Source of the DNA: an uncultured Candidatus Binatia bacterium
GTDB lineage: Bacteria; Desulfobacterota; Binatia; UBA9968; JAJDTQ01
Direction: 5' to 3'
Length of the DNA stretch: 64,000 bases
NCBI GenBank assembly: GCA_965218305.1
Contig: OZ244617.1
Coordinates: 715,776-779,775 of the forward strand
Shown piece after piece: positions 45,683 through 54,616 of this stretch; the first letter of the stretch is position 1, and every line of letters begins with the position of its first letter. The notes beneath the pieces are model-generated. The model worked only from the letters and a program-made list of their open reading frames with translations. It had not been told where the DNA came from and searched no databases. Made by a program: the position numbers and the translations under genes.

Positions 45683-46995
45683 CCCTCAATATCGGAACCA
45701 ACTGGTGCCGTGACCTCGATGGGGAATTTCCCGGAAGTCTGGAACCCGTGGAGGACGAGGCGACCCTCAGTGAGATCGTTATCGAGGCCGCGGAGGATAC
45801 CCTTACTCAAGCATTCGATCTTGAGAAGGGAAGTGTTCGCGATGGTGTTAATCTTTCAGCCTACCGATTGGCCGAATGGCTGATCTGGAACTGGTGGCGT
45901 CTTCGCTGGGAACCCGCACACCAGAACGCTCAACGTGATCGGAGCCTGGAGTGGCGACAGGCGCACGAGATGGCAGGTATCGGTCGCGGGTGGTTGTGGC
46001 CAAACATTGTGATAATGTCCGACGGTCTTCGAATCGAGTTGGACGTGAGACCGACATCGGAGACTCGTACAGAGCGCCTGCGCTATATGACGGACAAGAG
46101 AACGGTGGTTTCCGCCGAAGCTTTCGAGGCCGGGGTCGACGCCTTGGTAGGACGCGTCCTGGAAAGGCTGGGCCGTAGTCCGGTTCCTGATTCCGACCTT
46201 GTCATCGCATGGAGGGAGCTTGCCGCCGAGCGAAATGACGCCGAACTGACCATGTACCGAATGATTGAGGCGTGCCGGGGCTTCGATGTGGACGAAGCTG
46301 ATCCAGAGCAGATTGAGCAGATTATTGCGGATGGCGACGAGTTGGGAACCAGCGCGATTTCGGAAGTGGCGGCGGATCAGTTTCTCACCGCGGAGGAATT
46401 GCACGTGGTAGCAACGCAGTCAGGTTTTGATACTGATCCTGGCAGTGGGGCAGACCCGCTGAACGGCTCATGGAATGGGCTCGGAAACATTGCTCCCTGG
46501 CGGGTCGGCGCGGATGCGGCAGGGAGTCTCCGGTCTCGAGAGAAGTTGGGCGATGACCGGGTGTCTGATGTACGATTGGCCGAGTTGTGCGGGATTGACG
46601 ACCGTGCCTTGGGTGAATTGGGTATCGGTGGCCCGATGGCGTTTACGCTCCATGCAAAAGACGGTCCTCGAAGTCACGTCGTTTTGCGCTCGAAATGGCG
46701 AACTGGGCGGCGCTTCGAGTTGGCGCGCTTGCTCGCCGACCACCTTCTCGTAGACAACGAAGAGAGTCTCCGGCCCGCGACTCGTGCGTCCACATACAGA
46801 CAAAAAATGCAGCGCGCATTTGCGGCCGAGCTTCTTTGTCCTGTTGCGAGTCTGGTTGATTTCCTAAATGACGATTTCTCGGATGAGGCACGGGAAGAAG
46901 CAGCGGAGCGATTCGACGTATCCCCGTTCGCGGTTACGGCGGTGCTCGTAAACAACGGCAGACTCGACCGTGATGAAGTCCGCCCCATGATCTGA
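45679..46995 (+). CDS. Multidomain protein: about 260-aa N-terminal domain of unknown function (Trp-rich), an HTH-like segment, and a C-terminal ImmA/IrrE (COG2856/DUF955)-like domain with a degenerate HExxH.
   Basis: The C-terminus RRFELARLLADHLLVDNEESLRPATRASTYRQKMQRAFAAELLCPVASLV aligns to the ImmA motifs HELGHxLLH ... E.ANxFAAELLMP. The zinc histidines are replaced (F...R...H). ...VRLAELCGIDDRALGEL resembles a helix-turn-helix. The N-terminus contains LIWNWWRLRWEP. Confidence 0.6.
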   Translation: MTLNIGTNWCRDLDGEFPGSLEPVEDEATLSEIVIEAAEDTLTQAFDLEKGSVRDGVNLSAYRLAEWLIWNWWRLRWEPAHQNAQRDRSLEWRQAHEMAGIGRGWLWPNIVIMSDGLRIELDVRPTSETRTERLRYMTDKRTVVSAEAFEAGVDALVGRVLERLGRSPVPDSDLVIAWRELAAERNDAELTMYRMIEACRGFDVDEADPEQIEQIIADGDELGTSAISEVAADQFLTAEELHVVATQSGFDTDPGSGADPLNGSWNGLGNIAPWRVGADAAGSLRSREKLGDDRVSDVRLAELCGIDDRALGELGIGGPMAFTLHAKDGPRSHVVLRSKWRTGRRFELARLLADHLLVDNEESLRPATRASTYRQKMQRAFAAELLCPVASLVDFLNDDFSDEAREEAAERFDVSPFAVTAVLVNNGRLDRDEVRPMI

Positions 46996-47047
46996 CCAAG
47001 TCAAAGAGATACTGCCCGGCTGTCGGCTCTGCACCCATCCGTTAGCG

Positions 47048-47098
47048 GGCGACCTGCCACTCGCTGTCAATCGGAGAAATAGTCTTGGCAGGTCGCCT
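47048..47098. terminator. Perfect 12-bp inverted repeat (GGCGACCTGCCA...TGGCAGGTCGCC) between the convergent islet genes. Putative bidirectional terminator or hairpin.
   Basis: Stem at 47048-47059 and 47087-47098 with a 27-nt loop. No strong T-tract. Confidence 0.35.
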
Positions 47099-47620
47099 CT
47101 ACGAACTGGTTGTATCTTCCCTTCCAAGCAGTTTCGGGAATCTCTCACAAACCTCCGCGACGACCTCGTGCCCGTTTTTCGCCTCATCCTGTGCAATTCT
47201 GATCGTTCCTGTGAAGTTACCGCATTTGTCAGTATGCAGATGAGCTTTTTCGTGCACGAGTTCTTTCCTTGCCTCACGCAGTTGCTCGATTTTTTTCAAC
47301 AACCTCATGTCGCTGCAGCCTAGCAGCCGTAGTTTTTTCTCATACGACATTCTATCAACCTCTTCGTAACGCTCCCGACCGTGCGTCTCTACGATCAGGA
47401 GATGCAGCGCGGCCTCAAGCCAGATGCAGCTGAAGACAACCGAGATTAGCGCGTCCTTGAACGAAGTTTGGTTCGGATCGAATGATTTGACGTGTCCGCT
47501 GTCGACGGATTCGGGACCGCTGCGTAGGTCCCTATCGTCTGTCATCCTCATAAAGGCTGTATCCGCAATCGACCTGAAGACATGGATGTTCGTGAACACG
47601 TACCGTTGTTTTGAACTCAT
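47099..47620 (-). CDS. Hypothetical protein with an Rx4H HEPN-like motif (putative HEPN-domain RNase).
   Basis: 173 aa. ...LLKKIEQLREARKELVHEKAHLH... contains R-KELV-H. Lowest GC of the window (about 47%). GGAAGGA Shine-Dalgarno before the ATG. Confidence 0.5.
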   Translation of the reverse strand: MSSKQRYVFTNIHVFRSIADTAFMRMTDDRDLRSGPESVDSGHVKSFDPNQTSFKDALISVVFSCIWLEAALHLLIVETHGRERYEEVDRMSYEKKLRLLGCSDMRLLKKIEQLREARKELVHEKAHLHTDKCGNFTGTIRIAQDEAKNGHEVVAEVCERFPKLLGREDTTSS

Positions 47621-47736
47621 GTCGTCCTTCCAGCGAGTTCGGTCTGTTTCGGCGGATTTCTGGAGACAGTTCTAACGATGTCGGAGGGCGCGGGCTCAGG
47701 TGGAAGAGCGAACATAACCTTCAGCGTTAGTTTGGG

Positions 47737-48789
47737 CTAGATCCCGTACAGCGCCCTGGCGTTGTCGTCCACGATCTTGCGGCGGGCCTCCGCGCCGACC
47801 GCATCGTTTTCCTGCAGAACCTTCAGCGCTTCGAGCTGGCTGGACGTATCGGCGTGGCCGTAGTCGGAGCCGATGACGATATGGTCCTCGCCGGCGTACT
47901 GGAGGATGTAGGGCAGGTCCTCTTCAGTCTGGCAGGCGACGTAGAAGCGGTTGCGGCGCAGCACGTTCGCCTTTTCATCCAGCTGCCGGGTGCCTGTCCG
48001 GTGGAGACGGGCGCCGAGGTCGGTGATGAGGTAGGGGACCCAGGAGGCCGCGGCTTCGAGAAAGCCCCAGCGGAGGTCGGGGAAGCGGTCCGGGACGCGG
48101 CTTAGAACGAGCGAGTGGAAGGCGGTGATGATGGGCACCTTGGCCATCCACAGGGCAGTGGCGCGGGAGTGAAAGAGGCCGCTCAGCGCGTGGTTCACCA
48201 GTCCCGAGTGAATGCATGCCGCCATGTCCAGCCGGCTGGCTTCGGCGTAGACCGGGAAGTAGTCCTCGTCGATGGGTATGCGCTCGCCCAGGAGGCCCTG
48301 CAGCAGGAAGCCGCAGGCGCCGTTTTCACGGCTGAAGCGAAGCTCCTCCAGGGCCACGTTCATGGTCAGCAACGGCAGCGTCGCCACCCAGCGCAGGCGC
48401 CCTTGGCTCCGGCGCCAGATGTCGGCCATCCAGCGGTTGTAGGCGCGGCACATGGCGATCTGGGTCCGGGGGCGGCTCAGGGTGGCGAGACCCAGAAGGG
48501 TGGTGGGGTAGAGCACCTGGATGTCGGTGCCGAGCTCGTCCATGTGGCGCAGCCGCGCCGCCACGTCCCGCAGCTCGGAAGACTCCGGAGTCGTGCCGGA
48601 GCTGGCGGGCGGGAAGGCCCGTTTGGGCTCCAGGTTGCTGTCGAACAGCCAGAAGTCGTTCCTGCGGAGCGGGTCCGACTGATCCGCGGCCTCCAGGATG
48701 CGGGGCTTGTGGCGCCGGTCCTCGCCTTCCATGTACTCCCAAGTCTCTTCGCATTCGATGACGTGGCAGTCCGCGTCGATGACGGCCAT
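47737..48789 (-). CDS. Amidohydrolase-2 family protein, likely 2-amino-3-carboxymuconate-6-semialdehyde decarboxylase-like.
   Basis: MAVIDADCHVIE...IHSG...HSL...SDYGH metal-ligand pattern. Immediately downstream of a 3-hydroxyanthranilate dioxygenase gene. Confidence 0.7.
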   Translation of the reverse strand: MAVIDADCHVIECEETWEYMEGEDRRHKPRILEAADQSDPLRRNDFWLFDSNLEPKRAFPPASSGTTPESSELRDVAARLRHMDELGTDIQVLYPTTLLGLATLSRPRTQIAMCRAYNRWMADIWRRSQGRLRWVATLPLLTMNVALEELRFSRENGACGFLLQGLLGERIPIDEDYFPVYAEASRLDMAACIHSGLVNHALSGLFHSRATALWMAKVPIITAFHSLVLSRVPDRFPDLRWGFLEAAASWVPYLITDLGARLHRTGTRQLDEKANVLRRNRFYVACQTEEDLPYILQYAGEDHIVIGSDYGHADTSSQLEALKVLQENDAVGAEARRKIVDDNARALYGI

Positions 48790-48823
48790 GGTGTATTCCC
48801 TCCAGCGCGCCGCGGCCCGTGCG

Positions 48824-49368
48824 CTACCCTTTCCAGACGTGGGCCGGCCCCTCACTATTCACCGCTGCTGCGGTCTCACCGCATCGGGCGCAGTGGCGTA
48901 GCGTTTCGTCCGCGGCCATGGCGTCATAGGCCTCCTTCACCGCGTCCGCGGGGTCGTTGAACTGCACGGTGGTTTCGTAGAGCGTGTGGGTGCAGTTCCC
49001 GCACACCCACTCGAAGCGGTCGGTCTCGTCCGGCCGGCGCACCCGTTCCACCACCAGGGTCCAGGAGCCGTCGCCCCGGCGCGGTGAATGGGGCACGAGG
49101 GCGGGCAGCAGGAACATCTCGCCTTCCTTGAGGACCGCCACCTCCGGTTTGTGCTCTGGAGTGAGGTAGTGGAGGTTCAGCTCGCCTTCGAGTTGGTAGA
49201 AAACCTCGTCCCCCGGATTGATGTGGAAGTCGGTGCGGTCATTGGGGCCGCGGGTGACGAAGATGATGAAGTCCGAGTCTTCCCAGATGACTCTTCGTCT
49301 GCCCCAGTCGCCGCGGTTCTCGTCGATCCAGTTTTTCAGATTGAAGCGGGTGAGGTGTGGGAACATGA
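48824..49368 (-). CDS. nbaC: 3-hydroxyanthranilate 3,4-dioxygenase.
   Basis: MFPHLTRFNLKNWIDENR...VIWEDSDFIIFVTRGPNDRTDFHINPGDEVFYQLEG... cupin, plus a C-terminal rubredoxin-like CGNC...CARCG. AAAGGAG Shine-Dalgarno. Confidence 0.85.
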
Positions 49369-49377
49369 CGGCTCCTT

Positions 49378-50253
49378 TCAGGTGTCGGGTCCGTGCCGGG
49401 CGCTGAACCCGAGGGCTTCCCGCGCCTTGTCCGAGGCATAACAACAATAGTTCTCATCCGTCTCGAAAGCTACCTGCCGCACCTCCGGGAGGTGCCGTTG
49501 GAGCAGGGTACGGGTGGGAACCGTCAGATAGGTCGTGGAAGCGCAGATGTTGAAGGCCTGGTGGCCTTCGAAGGCCGTCTCCAGGGCTAGATGGCAGGTC
49601 ATGGCCGCATCGCGCACGTCGATGTAGCTCCAGAAGCTTCCGAAGCCGCGAATCATCGGGTCGTCGCGCCGTTTCGCCAGGCGCTGGTACACGTTGGCAT
49701 CGGCGATGCCGGCAAAGCGCAGACTGGCGATGCTTGCGTCACTGCGCCGGGCGAAGGCCTCGCAGAACTCCTCTCCCGCGAGCTTGGACAGGCCGTAGGG
49801 GTCCTGGGGCCGCCGGGGATGGGCCTCGTCGATGGGAAGGTAGTCGGGAAGCGCGGGACGCAGGGGATAGTACAGGCCGTACACCGCCAGGCTGGAGCCC
49901 ATGACGAGCCTCCGGATGCCCAGGGACGTTCCCACCGCCAGGACGTTGTACGTCATGGCGACATTGCGCTGGAATCTCCGGCTGTCGCCGGCCACGTCGG
50001 GGGTCTGCCAGGTCTGGGCGGCGCGGTCGAACAGGCCCTGCTCGGTGTAGGGGAATCGTTCCCGGGCCAGGTGGACCACCGCCTCCGCGCCTTCCAACGC
50101 CCGCCGCGCCGCGTCGGGGTCGGTGAGGTCCACGGCCCCGCCGGCGTTCCCGGCCGCGAGATCCAGGGGTACGACCTCGTGGCCCCTCCGTGACAGCAGT
50201 TCCGTCACCCGTTGTCCCAGCCGGCCGGCGCTGCCGGTGACGACGACCCTCAT
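49378..50253 (-). CDS. NAD-dependent epimerase/dehydratase family protein.
   Basis: MRVVVTGSAGRLGQRV... Rossmann fold with YxxxK-like ...DPYGLSK... Confidence 0.75.
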   Translation of the reverse strand: MRVVVTGSAGRLGQRVTELLSRRGHEVVPLDLAAGNAGGAVDLTDPDAARRALEGAEAVVHLARERFPYTEQGLFDRAAQTWQTPDVAGDSRRFQRNVAMTYNVLAVGTSLGIRRLVMGSSLAVYGLYYPLRPALPDYLPIDEAHPRRPQDPYGLSKLAGEEFCEAFARRSDASIASLRFAGIADANVYQRLAKRRDDPMIRGFGSFWSYIDVRDAAMTCHLALETAFEGHQAFNICASTTYLTVPTRTLLQRHLPEVRQVAFETDENYCCYASDKAREALGFSARHGPDT

Positions 50254-50274
50254 GCGGCGGCCTCCCGACGGCGT

Positions 50275-51510
50275 CTATCCGCCGGTTTCGGCATCCGGCT
50301 TTTGCGGGTAGGCGCGGATACCCGTGTAGGAATCCATTCGTACCAGCCGGCTGGCGTCCTGCGGGGACACGACGCCCTTGGGCCGGAGCCCCCGCCGGAC
50401 CCGGTCGATGGCGGTCAGGATAATCCGGCGTTGCAGGATGATGCCTTTGTCGGAGGCCGCCAGCCGCTCCTGACGGCCGGCGACGCTTCCCTGGGTGGAC
50501 TGGGTCATGATGTCCTCGAGCCGGACGCTGCCCCGGAACGGCGACAGGGGCCGGTGGTCGTGCTCGGGCTTTTGGCCGGTGGCGACGGGCCGCCGGGAGG
50601 GGGCCAGCCTGGTCATGAAGTCGGGGTCCGGGCCGGTGTAGTGATCCACCGTGTAGAGCGTGAAGTTGTCGTCGTCGTTCGGGGTCAGGAACATCCAGTG
50701 AGCGTTGTGCGAGCCTCGGGCCAGGGCTTCCCTGGGCTCCCTGAAGTGGGTGAACTCGGTGTCGCCGATTTGCATGACGCTGGGCAGCGCGTAGCTCTTC
50801 TCGTCGATGTAGCTCATACCCGGCTCGGAGGCGGGTTTCCGCGACACCACCTTCATGCCGTAGTCCGTCTCCACCGCATCGAACGGAGGCACGTCCTTCG
50901 CGTTGAAGAACCAGCTTCGCCAGGTGCCGTCATCGGGATTGGACCGGTGCAGAGTGGAGAAGTGGGTGGGATCGGCGCCGTTCTCTATGAAGTTGTACCA
51001 GTTGTAGTCGTAGTGGCGCGGCGCCTCGATGCGCCGCTGCCCGCCGGGCTCCGCCAGGGGAGCGTATTGCGGCAGCGGGGGCTCGTCGTCCTGCGGCCCG
51101 AGATAGCCGAAGATGACGCCGCCCAGTTCCCGCACCGGGTAGGAGAGGTGGCGGACCTTCTCGTGGAACATGCTGCCGGGAGGCTCCGCCGGCTGCTCCA
51201 GGCAGGCGCCGCCCACGTCGAAGAGCCATCCGTGGTACGGGCACCGGAGCCCCGAGGGCTCCACGTCGCCGTATTCCAGGGATGTGCCGCGGTGCGGGCA
51301 GTGAAGCCCCAACAGGCCCAGCCGCCCTTGGCCGTCGCGGAACAGCACAAGATCCTCTCCGAGAACCCGGACCCGGACAGGAATATCCCGAAGGTCGCCC
51401 GCGCACCTCACCACCATCCAGTAGCGTCTGAACCACTCCCCGGCGGTCGTGCCTCGCCCCACGTGGGCGAGGTCCGCCACGGTCAGCATTCCCGCACTTC
51501 CCTCGGCCAT
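50275..51510 (-). CDS. Rieske (2Fe-2S) aromatic ring-hydroxylating oxygenase alpha subunit.
   Basis: CPHRG...CPYHGW Rieske motif plus a mononuclear-iron catalytic domain. No beta-subunit gene adjacent. Confidence 0.8.
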   Translation of the reverse strand: MAEGSAGMLTVADLAHVGRGTTAGEWFRRYWMVVRCAGDLRDIPVRVRVLGEDLVLFRDGQGRLGLLGLHCPHRGTSLEYGDVEPSGLRCPYHGWLFDVGGACLEQPAEPPGSMFHEKVRHLSYPVRELGGVIFGYLGPQDDEPPLPQYAPLAEPGGQRRIEAPRHYDYNWYNFIENGADPTHFSTLHRSNPDDGTWRSWFFNAKDVPPFDAVETDYGMKVVSRKPASEPGMSYIDEKSYALPSVMQIGDTEFTHFREPREALARGSHNAHWMFLTPNDDDNFTLYTVDHYTGPDPDFMTRLAPSRRPVATGQKPEHDHRPLSPFRGSVRLEDIMTQSTQGSVAGRQERLAASDKGIILQRRIILTAIDRVRRGLRPKGVVSPQDASRLVRMDSYTGIRAYPQKPDAETGG

Positions 51511-51527
51511 GGCGTCACCCCCGTCCG

Positions 51528-51660
51528 TCATTCCGGCACCCCTCCGTCATTCCCGCGAAAGCGGGAATCCAGGGGTGGTGGAGGGGTGCTGCGCGGTGTC
51601 TCCCGCCCCACCCCACCTGGATTCCCGCTTTCGCGGGAATGACGATCGCGGGGCCTGATT
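51528..51660. repeat. Inverted pair of GTCATTCCCGCGAAAGCGGGAATCCAGG repeats forming a large stem-loop.
   Basis: CGTCATTCCCGCGAAAGCGGGAATCCAGG (51544-51572) ... CCTGGATTCCCGCTTTCGCGGGAATGACG (51618-51646), with a 45-bp spacer containing GGGGTGGTGGAGGGG / CCCCACCCCACC. Confidence 0.65.
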
Positions 51661-51684
51661 ACCATCTTCGCCCCAACGACGTTG

Positions 51685-52515
51685 TTACCGACGCCATGAG
51701 TGTTGCGGCTTCCATCCCAGGATCTCCTTGGCCCGGGCGTTGGTGAAGACGCTCTCGGTGCCGGTGAGCGGCCGGGCGCGGTCGCCGATGGCCGGGTTGA
51801 TGCGTGGCAGCAGATCGCACAAGGGCTCGGCCACGGTGCTGTCATCGGCCACCACGAACATCACCGTGCCGCCGGGTACGGGCCGCTCGACCGCGAGCCG
51901 GAAGGCCACGGCCAGGTCTCTCACGTCGATGTAGCTGTACTCGCGCCAACCCTCGGGCTCCCGGCCGCCGGTGCGGCGGATCTCGTCCAGCGCCTCCGGC
52001 GTCACCACGCCGCTGGGGCGGATGACCACGGTCTCCACGCCTTTCAGGCTGTACGAGCGGGCGATGGTCTCGCCGATTTGCTTCGACAGGCCGTAGGGGT
52101 CGATGGGCCTCAACGGATGTTCCTCGTCGATGGGCAGGTAGTCGGGCATGAACGCGCCGTCGCTGTAGGCCCACCCCACAGCCGCGTTGCTGCTGGTGGA
52201 GACGACTCGCGGGATGCCCAGCCGGTACGCGGCGTGGTGCACGTTGAAGGTGCCGTTGACGTTGGTCTCGAAGACGACGCCGGTGGGCGCGACGTTGGGA
52301 TTGTGGATCGCCGCCAGATGGACGATGGCATCGGTCCCCGCAGCCGCCTCCATGACCTGGCCGAGGTCCTGGATTTCCCCCATCAGGTGCTTCACGCCGC
52401 CGTCCCGTGGCCCCGGCAGGCGGTCCAGCACCGTCACTTCATGGCCGCCGTGCAGCAGTTCGTCCACTACCGACTGGCCGACCTTGCCCAATCCTCCGGT
52501 AACCAGGATCTTCAC
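51685..52515 (-). CDS. NAD-dependent epimerase/dehydratase family protein, paralog of 49378-50253.
   Basis: MKILVTGGLGKVGQSV...DPYGLSK... GTG start with AGGAGG Shine-Dalgarno. Confidence 0.75.
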   Translation of the reverse strand: MKILVTGGLGKVGQSVVDELLHGGHEVTVLDRLPGPRDGGVKHLMGEIQDLGQVMEAAAGTDAIVHLAAIHNPNVAPTGVVFETNVNGTFNVHHAAYRLGIPRVVSTSSNAAVGWAYSDGAFMPDYLPIDEEHPLRPIDPYGLSKQIGETIARSYSLKGVETVVIRPSGVVTPEALDEIRRTGGREPEGWREYSYIDVRDLAVAFRLAVERPVPGGTVMFVVADDSTVAEPLCDLLPRINPAIGDRARPLTGTESVFTNARAKEILGWKPQHSWRR

Positions 52516-52711
52516 GAAGAACCTCCTGAACGCGTTGTTCGTTCACGTAAGCGCCTGACCTCAGGTGGTAACACCGTGTAAGGTTCTCCGTCAACAAATG
52601 GACAATTTGCGTTAACTGCTTTGACAGGAGGGTTGCGAGACGGTAAAAGCAGGAAATTTCGGTTACCGGCGGATGGGCTCCGGTTCGAGAACGGATCCCC
52701 ACGGAGGCAGG

Positions 52712-53224
52712 ATGCAAAGCATAGCGCGGGCCTACGAAAAACTCCTCAACGCGTTCAAGATCGGCGCGGAGATCGTCGTCTTTATGATCTTCTTTCTCAT
52801 CGTCACCGATGTGTTCATTCGTTGGGCGGGTCTCCAACCGTCCACCTATACGATGGGCGTGGTCGAGTACGATCTGCTGTGGTTTACCATGCTGGGGGCG
52901 CCGTGGCTCGTGCGCATGAAGGGCCACGTGTTCGTGGACTCCTTGGTCCAACTCCTGCCCCTGATCGTCCAGTACGTTCTGGCCAAGCTCGTTTATGTCA
53001 TCTGCATCACCTGCTCGCTCTTTTTCGTCTACTATTCTCTGGACCTCACGGTCCAAGCCATCCTTTCGGGGGAGATGGATATCCGGGGTGAACCGCAGCC
53101 CCTGTGGCTCCTCCTCGTGTGCCTGCCGGTGTCCTTCTCCATGGTGGCCATCGAGTTTTTCCGGTTCCTGGTGGGGGTGGACACCATGTACACCTCGCGC
53201 ACCGAGGTCAGGGAGAACGTCTGA
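52712..53224 (+). CDS. dctQ: TRAP transporter small permease (DctQ family).
   Basis: 170 aa with 4 transmembrane segments. GGAGGCAGG-ATG. Confidence 0.75.
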   Translation: MQSIARAYEKLLNAFKIGAEIVVFMIFFLIVTDVFIRWAGLQPSTYTMGVVEYDLLWFTMLGAPWLVRMKGHVFVDSLVQLLPLIVQYVLAKLVYVICITCSLFFVYYSLDLTVQAILSGEMDIRGEPQPLWLLLVCLPVSFSMVAIEFFRFLVGVDTMYTSRTEVRENV

Positions 53225-54534
53225 TGGAATGGTACTGGGCATTCGCTCTCCTGATAGGCATGGTCGTCTGCCTGATGGCCATCGGGGTCCCCGTGGCCTT
53301 CGCCTTCATCACCACGAACTTCGTCGGCATCTTCATCTTCGCCGGCGTCCACGGCTTCATCCAGGTGGCGGACAACTCCACCGTGCTCATCACCCGGTTC
53401 ACCCTGGGTCCGGTGCCCATGTTCATCCTAATGGGGGCGTTGTTTTTTCACACCGGCCTGGCGATTCGCGTCTTCGACGGGCTCGACAGCCTTTTCGGCA
53501 AGCTCCGGGGCCGGCTCTGCTACCTGACAGTGGCCGGCGGCACGATCTTCTCCACCCTCACCGGCTCCTCCATGGCCAATACCGCCATGCTGGGATCGCT
53601 GCTGGTGCCGGAGATGCAGCGGCGGGGTTACAACTGGCGCATGTCCATGGGGCCGATCCTGGGCACCGGCGGACTGGCGATGATCATCCCGCCCTCGGCG
53701 CTGGCCGTGCTGCTGGCCAGTATCGCCAACATCGACGTGGGGCGTCTGCTGATCGCGGGCTTTCTGCCCGGCTTCGTCCTGGCGGGGCTGTATGTCCTCA
53801 TGTTGTATCTCCAGATCACCATCAACCCGGCGGGGGCGCCGGCGTATGACGTGCCGCCCACGACCTTGGCTCACAAGATCAAGTTCGTCTGCTTCAACAT
53901 CCTGCCGGTGAGCCTCGTGATCTTCATGGTCATCGGCTTCATCATCCTGGGCATCGCCACCCCCACCGAGTCCGCGGCCTGTGGGGTGCTGGGCGTCGGC
54001 ATCCTGGCCGTGTGCTTCCGCGTGCTTAACTGGCAGGCCATCCGCACCTCGCTGTCGGGCACCGTGCGCGTGTCCGGCATGGTGTTCTTCATCATCATGA
54101 ACTCCACGGTGTTCAGCCAACTCCTGGCCTACTCGGGCGCCACCGCCGGCATGCTGGAGTGGGCTACCAGCTTTGAGGTGTCCCGCCTGGTGGTGCTTGG
54201 CGTCATGTTTCTGATTCTCATCGTGCTGGGCATGTTCATGGACGGTACGTCCATGATGCTGATCACCGTGCCCATTTTCTTTCCTCTGGCTGAGGCCATG
54301 GGTTTCGACCTGATCTGGTTCGGCCTGTTCGTGCTGATGACGCTGGAGATGGCCGGCACCACGCCGCCGTTCGGGTTGCTGCTCTACGTCATGCTCGGGG
54401 TGGCGCCCCGCGGCACGACCCTGCTGCAGGTGGCCAACGCGGCGGCTCCGTTCCTGATATGTGATCTGATCCTGATCCTGATGCTCATCGCTTGGCCCGA
54501 ACTCGCCCTCTTCCTCCCCGATCTCATGGAGTGA
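53224..54534 (+). CDS. dctM: TRAP transporter large permease (DctM family).
   Basis: 436 aa polytopic protein. Overlaps the dctQ stop codon by 1 nt. Confidence 0.85.
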   Translation: MEWYWAFALLIGMVVCLMAIGVPVAFAFITTNFVGIFIFAGVHGFIQVADNSTVLITRFTLGPVPMFILMGALFFHTGLAIRVFDGLDSLFGKLRGRLCYLTVAGGTIFSTLTGSSMANTAMLGSLLVPEMQRRGYNWRMSMGPILGTGGLAMIIPPSALAVLLASIANIDVGRLLIAGFLPGFVLAGLYVLMLYLQITINPAGAPAYDVPPTTLAHKIKFVCFNILPVSLVIFMVIGFIILGIATPTESAACGVLGVGILAVCFRVLNWQAIRTSLSGTVRVSGMVFFIIMNSTVFSQLLAYSGATAGMLEWATSFEVSRLVVLGVMFLILIVLGMFMDGTSMMLITVPIFFPLAEAMGFDLIWFGLFVLMTLEMAGTTPPFGLLLYVMLGVAPRGTTLLQVANAAAPFLICDLILILMLIAWPELALFLPDLME

Positions 54535-54547
54535 AGCCAGCGGCCCG

Positions 54548-54600
54548 AGTCCGTCATTCCCGCGAAAGCGGGAATCCAGGTGGGGTGGGGCGGGGCCTTA
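54548..54600. repeat. Half-copy of the GTCATTCCCGCGAAAGCGGGAATCCAGG repeat.
   Basis: CGTCATTCCCGCGAAAGCGGGAATCCAGGTGGGGTGGGGCGGGG at 54555-54598. Confidence 0.6.
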
Positions 54601-54616
54601 GCGGCATCCGGAAAAA

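Larger units (their letters stand above)
44897..47736. mobile_element. Low-GC genomic islet, probably horizontally acquired. No integrase or transposase.
   Basis: Local GC is about 45-57%, against about 68% in the flanks. The islet starts immediately after the stop of 43865-44896 and ends at the stop of the convergent amidohydrolase at 47737. It carries three orphan genes. Confidence 0.6.

Noticed and set aside
44897-47736. Integrated prophage, ICE or transposon.
   Set aside because: No integrase, recombinase, transposase, flanking direct repeats longer than 6 bp, or tRNA target site is visible. Only the compositional shift supports foreign origin.
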